In this document: piece by piece, positions 60,106 to 64,000 of the stretch
Layout of the letters: every line of letters begins with the position of its first letter
How positions within the stretch are numbered: the first letter of the stretch is position 1
DNA from: an uncultured virus (IMG/VR IMGVR_UViG_3300028048_002585)
Taxonomy: Duplodnaviria; Heunggongvirae; Uroviricota; Caudoviricetes
Direction: 5' to 3' (one strand)
Virus record (IMG/VR): IMGVR_UViG_3300028048_002585
DNA length: 64,000 nucleotides
Notes under the pieces: model-generated
The model's database searches: none
Told to the model about the DNA's origin: nothing
Seen by the model: the letters and a program-made list of their open reading frames with translations, nothing else
Program-made: the position numbers and the translations under genes

Positions 60106-62514
60106 TTAATATTGCTGTAAGAAATTCATAGGATCCTGTAATACACCATTTATATATACACCAAAATGCAAGTGAGGACCAGTCGAATTTCCAGTATTTC
60201 CTGAATAAGCTATTGGCTGACCTGCTGTTACTGTATCTCCGTTGTTTACTATGAACCCTGAAAGATGATAGTAACAGTTCTTTGTACCGTCCCCACAATC
60301 TACTATGACTGTGTTTCCCGTTGACCAGTGATATGATCCATCTACATAAGTATATGCCGTTCCGCCGTTGGATGCAATAACTAAGCTTCCTTCCGGACAA
60401 GCAATATCAATTCCGCTATGAGTACCTCCCCATCTCGGTCCATACGGAGATGAAATTGTGTGACTGCTAGGAACAGGCCATTGCCATGAACCTGAACCGC
60501 CTGCTCTATGTTCTCCTGTTACTGCGTATATTATATACATATATACACATACACTTTTAAACATTCTTTTATCCATATGTATAAGGCTGCGGTCGGGATT
60601 CTCGTATATATCCATCCATACAGTTGTAGCTGCCTCTATTTTGTCATGGACATTACCTGCTGAATTAATTGCAGTTCTCATTTTACTGACTACTGAATTC
60701 TGATATTCATGATATGAACATGTATAACCATCTACACCTTCGGGAAATGTTTCTATTAAGACGTATTCCGTCTGCATAGTAAGACTGTCTATCAAAAATG
60801 AACTGTGATGCTTATCTGCATAATGTTTGGCGTAGTCGTATAAACCTCTTCTACGGGAGGATGCTGTCCACTGTGCTATTCCGTATCCGAAATAATGACT
60901 TGCAAAATCATTTCTTGAATAATATCCTGAGTTTACATATGACGTATACGTGTTATCATCGAGATATGTTCTGCCATATTCTACGCGGCCCGGTTCCATT
61001 TCATCTGATTCGTATGCCAAATTTCCGACAATTCCTGCGGTCATGAAGAATGCCTCTTCCTGATCTATTCCCTGTTCATTTACTAAATACGAATAAACTC
61101 TCTGGCTTACTATTTGTTCATTCTGGTTCAAGTCAATGAAATCAAAATCTCCCATGAACCATCCAAAAACATCCAGTACAAGAGCAAATACCGGAATAGC
61201 AATTACCACTACCATTAATATTATAAAAAACGTTCCGCCTCCTATTACTCCAAGTAAGGCCGCAACTGTTTTGCCTTTTATATATTCAAATGCCAGCTTT
61301 GCCGAATCCCTGGCTATGTTATCGCTCTGAGCGAGATTTGCTGTTGTTGCAACTACGGCAGCCTTGCCAAGAGCTTTGTCGGTCTTGCTTTTTTCCTTTT
61401 TAATCGTTTTCTTGTGTCGAGCTGAAGTGTTTTCTGATCCTCCTCTCAATTTATCTAATTTAGAATCCAGTTTCGAATCTTTTCTTTTAATGTCATTTTT
61501 ATCTATATCTTTGTCTTTTGATTTATTCTTTTCGGCAGTTATATGTTCTGTACGTACATCTTTAGATTCTGTTACCGATTTCAGTTCATTTTCACGTCGT
61601 TCTCTTATAGAACGTCCTCCGTCAATAATATTTTCGGAGTTTCCCTGTTTGTTTTTCGATTTATCCTGTCTTCTTACGAATATGTCTGTCTGTTCTTTAG
61701 ATTCAACTCTGTCTTTGTATTGCCTTATTCTGTCTTCGTGATACTTTGACGCATTTTCTCCGAATTCAGATACGCCTTTTTTTAAAATATACATTTCCTG
61801 CAGAGTTTTTACAGGATCTGCTTCTTCTGGCTGAGAGTTTATGTTTGCCGAATCAGATGCCTTTTCGCCCATTTTCTTCGCTAAGAGAATTCCTCCCGCT
61901 ACGGCAGCAGGATGATTTTGAGCAAAATTCCCGGCATCAGACACAAGCTTGTCTACCTTATGTCTTTTTTCAAAGTTTTTTCTGATTGCAGCTTCTTTAT
62001 CATAATTCAGATTTCCGTCTGAAGCGAATACTTTCTCGGGCTTGAGATATTTGATATCCTTTTCCTTGGTTCCTGTTCGGATATAGAATTCTTTGGTTTC
62101 GGGGTTATATACGACTTTCTGTCCACGGGCATTGTCAAGGGTTTCCGTCTCATATCGCTCTACCTTGTATATTGCCCTATCATATTCTACCGCTCCTTCA
62201 TGCTCTGAAAAAGATACTTTATCGATATCAGCCTCTATCCTGAAGCCGTAAAACGAGCCGTCATCATTAACGCCGTATGCCGCAAATACACTGCCGTTAT
62301 CTCTGTCCACGTCTACGCCGAATGCGCCGTTTTCAAATGCGTCATTCGTATAATCAGTTATCAGCTGGTCTTTATCGGCAAACCTGTCATAGAATTCAAG
62401 GGTTGAAATGTTCCTCTGTTCTATAACGGTATTTCCTCTGCTCAGGGTAACACTTATGGTTCCATCGTGGTTGTTATTCAGTTTAAGGTTTTTATCCGCA
62501 TTTTTTTCAACCAT
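60106..62514 (-). CDS. Conjugative cell-wall hydrolase: TM helix, phage-tail-lysozyme-like domain and M23 peptidase
   Basis: AGIVGNLAYES, GYGIAQWT; HSGIDI, YYHL, GNSTGPHLHF. Confidence 0.9.
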   Translation of the reverse strand: MVEKNADKNLKLNNNHDGTISVTLSRGNTVIEQRNISTLEFYDRFADKDQLITDYTNDAFENGAFGVDVDRDNGSVFAAYGVNDDGSFYGFRIEADIDKVSFSEHEGAVEYDRAIYKVERYETETLDNARGQKVVYNPETKEFYIRTGTKEKDIKYLKPEKVFASDGNLNYDKEAAIRKNFEKRHKVDKLVSDAGNFAQNHPAAVAGGILLAKKMGEKASDSANINSQPEEADPVKTLQEMYILKKGVSEFGENASKYHEDRIRQYKDRVESKEQTDIFVRRQDKSKNKQGNSENIIDGGRSIRERRENELKSVTESKDVRTEHITAEKNKSKDKDIDKNDIKRKDSKLDSKLDKLRGGSENTSARHKKTIKKEKSKTDKALGKAAVVATTANLAQSDNIARDSAKLAFEYIKGKTVAALLGVIGGGTFFIILMVVVIAIPVFALVLDVFGWFMGDFDFIDLNQNEQIVSQRVYSYLVNEQGIDQEEAFFMTAGIVGNLAYESDEMEPGRVEYGRTYLDDNTYTSYVNSGYYSRNDFASHYFGYGIAQWTASSRRRGLYDYAKHYADKHHSSFLIDSLTMQTEYVLIETFPEGVDGYTCSYHEYQNSVVSKMRTAINSAGNVHDKIEAATTVWMDIYENPDRSLIHMDKRMFKSVCVYMYIIYAVTGEHRAGGSGSWQWPVPSSHTISSPYGPRWGGTHSGIDIACPEGSLVIASNGGTAYTYVDGSYHWSTGNTVIVDCGDGTKNCYYHLSGFIVNNGDTVTAGQPIAYSGNTGNSTGPHLHFGVYINGVLQDPMNFLQQY

Positions 62515-62537
62515 AAGTGCCTCCTTTCATGATTTGT

Positions 62538-64000
62538 TTATTTAGGGGATTTGTTCGTATCCACCAGCTCAAACATCTTCGTTCCTTTAGGTATCTCAAG
62601 TGCGAACGGAAGGGTCGTGTCTCCGGTATATATGAGCCCGTGTCCTTTAGGCTGACTCTTACAGTATTTTTCAAGCTGTGCGTCCTGAATCTGGATCAGG
62701 TCTGCCATGTTGTTACGGTCCTGTGCTGACATTGATGTCATGAGTACGAAGTTTGTCAAGTTAAGGATATCTCGCGTTGCCGTACTGCCTAACAGATCTT
62801 CTACGTTCTGAGTGATTCCCGTGGGCACTCCTTTCCATTTACGGGCTGTTTTCCATATTGTTTTCAGAAAGTTCGCTGACGATTCAAGCTGAAGAAGGAG
62901 ATGGAACTCGTCGATATATATCCATGAGTATATACCCTTCCTGCTGTTGCTTATCATTTTACTCCATATATCGTTGAGAGTTATATAAAGTCCCAGAGGC
63001 TTCATTCCCGCTCCGAGTTTAGAGATATCGTATACGACCATTCTTTTATTCGTCGATACGTTGGATCGGTGTGCAAATATATCTGATGTTCCTGTAGCAT
63101 ATATCTCAAGTATGTTTGCTATCTGATCTGCATCAGGACTGTCCTGTCTTCTCAGTTCGTGATAAAGATTGCTGATCGTCGGAGCCGCATCTTTGTCGCA
63201 TGTGATCTCGGGATTTCTCTGGTTCAGTTCTTGTATATGGGCAATATATCCCTGATATATCTTTTTTACACATCTATCGATTATGGATCTGCATCTCGGG
63301 TCGAGTGCTTCTCCTGTGCCGTTCATAATCTCTATCATTCCTATTATGAAATCTGATTTGAGTGCTATTGGGTTATCCTCGCCGTCGGAAGCCAAATCAA
63401 GATCAAGGGGATTTTCAAAGTTCTTTGATGAAGGAGACAGCTCAACTACTTCGCCGCCTACTGCTTCTGCAATTGGGATATATTCCCTCTGGGGATCTAT
63501 GACATATACAACGTCTTTTGTACTTCTTAACAGGATAGACATTATCTCCCATTTCGCTATACCCGATTTTCCGGAGCCTGAGTCTCCGAAAAAGAGTGCA
63601 TTGAAATTTCTGATTAATGCGCTATCATTATGTCTGTCGTAGATAATCATCTGCCCAGATGTCTTATTCATACCATAAAAAGCTCCGTTCTTCTGATGTA
63701 ATTCCTGCGAAGTATAAGGAAGCATGATCGAACAACATTCCGATGTAAGCAGCATCTTTGTGTCAAGCTTGTTTACTGAAAGAGGGAGGCAGGAATTAAG
63801 TCCTTCTTCCTGCTGAAACATCAATACCTGAAATGGGGTATGATGAGGTTTCGATATGGACTTCAGTTGCGTAAGGATTGCCTGCATCTCTTCATTATCC
63901 GATGCAAATACGGTGACTGTAAATGTCAGGAAGAATACACCCTGGTCGCGCTTATCGATATCGTCCATCATTTCCAGTGTCGCTGCTTTATTGGATCTTA
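62538..64000 (-). CDS. VirB4-like T4SS ATPase (5' part outside the window)
   Basis: GDSGSGKS, VIDPQREY, NPLD, YIDEFH, ARKWKG..TGITQN. Confidence 0.92.
   Translation of the reverse strand, partial: RSNKAATLEMMDDIDKRDQGVFFLTFTVTVFASDNEEMQAILTQLKSISKPHHTPFQVLMFQQEEGLNSCLPLSVNKLDTKMLLTSECCSIMLPYTSQELHQKNGAFYGMNKTSGQMIIYDRHNDSALIRNFNALFFGDSGSGKSGIAKWEIMSILLRSTKDVVYVIDPQREYIPIAEAVGGEVVELSPSSKNFENPLDLDLASDGEDNPIALKSDFIIGMIEIMNGTGEALDPRCRSIIDRCVKKIYQGYIAHIQELNQRNPEITCDKDAAPTISNLYHELRRQDSPDADQIANILEIYATGTSDIFAHRSNVSTNKRMVVYDISKLGAGMKPLGLYITLNDIWSKMISNSRKGIYSWIYIDEFHLLLQLESSANFLKTIWKTARKWKGVPTGITQNVEDLLGSTATRDILNLTNFVLMTSMSAQDRNNMADLIQIQDAQLEKYCKSQPKGHGLIYTGDTTLPFALEIPKGTKMFELVDTNKSPK

Larger units (their letters stand above)
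1..64000. mobile_element. Segment of a large conjugative element (megaplasmid/ICE-like) with its own replisome; extends beyond both window edges
   Basis: VirB4, lytic hydrolase, relaxase, VirD4-like, DnaE, DnaG, SSB, RecD2, NrdD and a tyrosine recombinase among many small hypothetical genes; element-wide repeated regulatory motifs; no ribosomal or core metabolic operons; no virion genes seen. Confidence 0.85.

Noticed and set aside
3347..63642. Numerous antisense or overlapping ORFs in the six-frame track (e.g. 3477-4139, 10371-11000, 34377-34838, 60029-60400)
   Set aside because: They are shadows of well-supported genes, with no RBS and no family motifs.
1..64000. Prophage
   Set aside because: No terminase, capsid, portal or tail genes in the window. 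The lysozyme-like domain belongs to the VirB4-linked hydrolase. A phage-plasmid cannot be excluded without the flanks.

Overview
AT-rich 64 kb segment of a large conjugative element, most likely a megaplasmid of a Firmicute (Lachnospiraceae-like; host and replicon type are inferences). No virion, rRNA or CRISPR features are visible. It encodes its own replication and recombination kit: DnaE interrupted by an ORF-less group II intron, DnaG, two SSB-type proteins, RecD2, a DEDDh exonuclease, a Rad52-like annealase, NrdD and a tyrosine recombinase. Conjugation genes are VirB4, a lysozyme/M23 hydrolase, a lipoprotein, a MobV relaxase and an anchor-less VirD4-like ATPase. Many small phage-like accessory genes fill the rest. 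The most striking structure lies outside standard gene calls. (1) A T-tract-N~13-TTATACATAATA promoter-like motif precedes 19 genes or operons, and a divergent sigma-70-like gene in the window is its candidate reader. (2) Eight sigmaA-type promoters share a palindromic operator. (3) Terminator+promoter modules split the accessory region into single-gene cassettes. (4) Four otherwise unrelated proteins share a 32-36 aa C-terminal motif, a candidate T4SS translocation signal. (5) A promoter- and terminator-bounded tRNA-like ncRNA ends in CCA. All family calls are from motif recognition by eye, not database searches.
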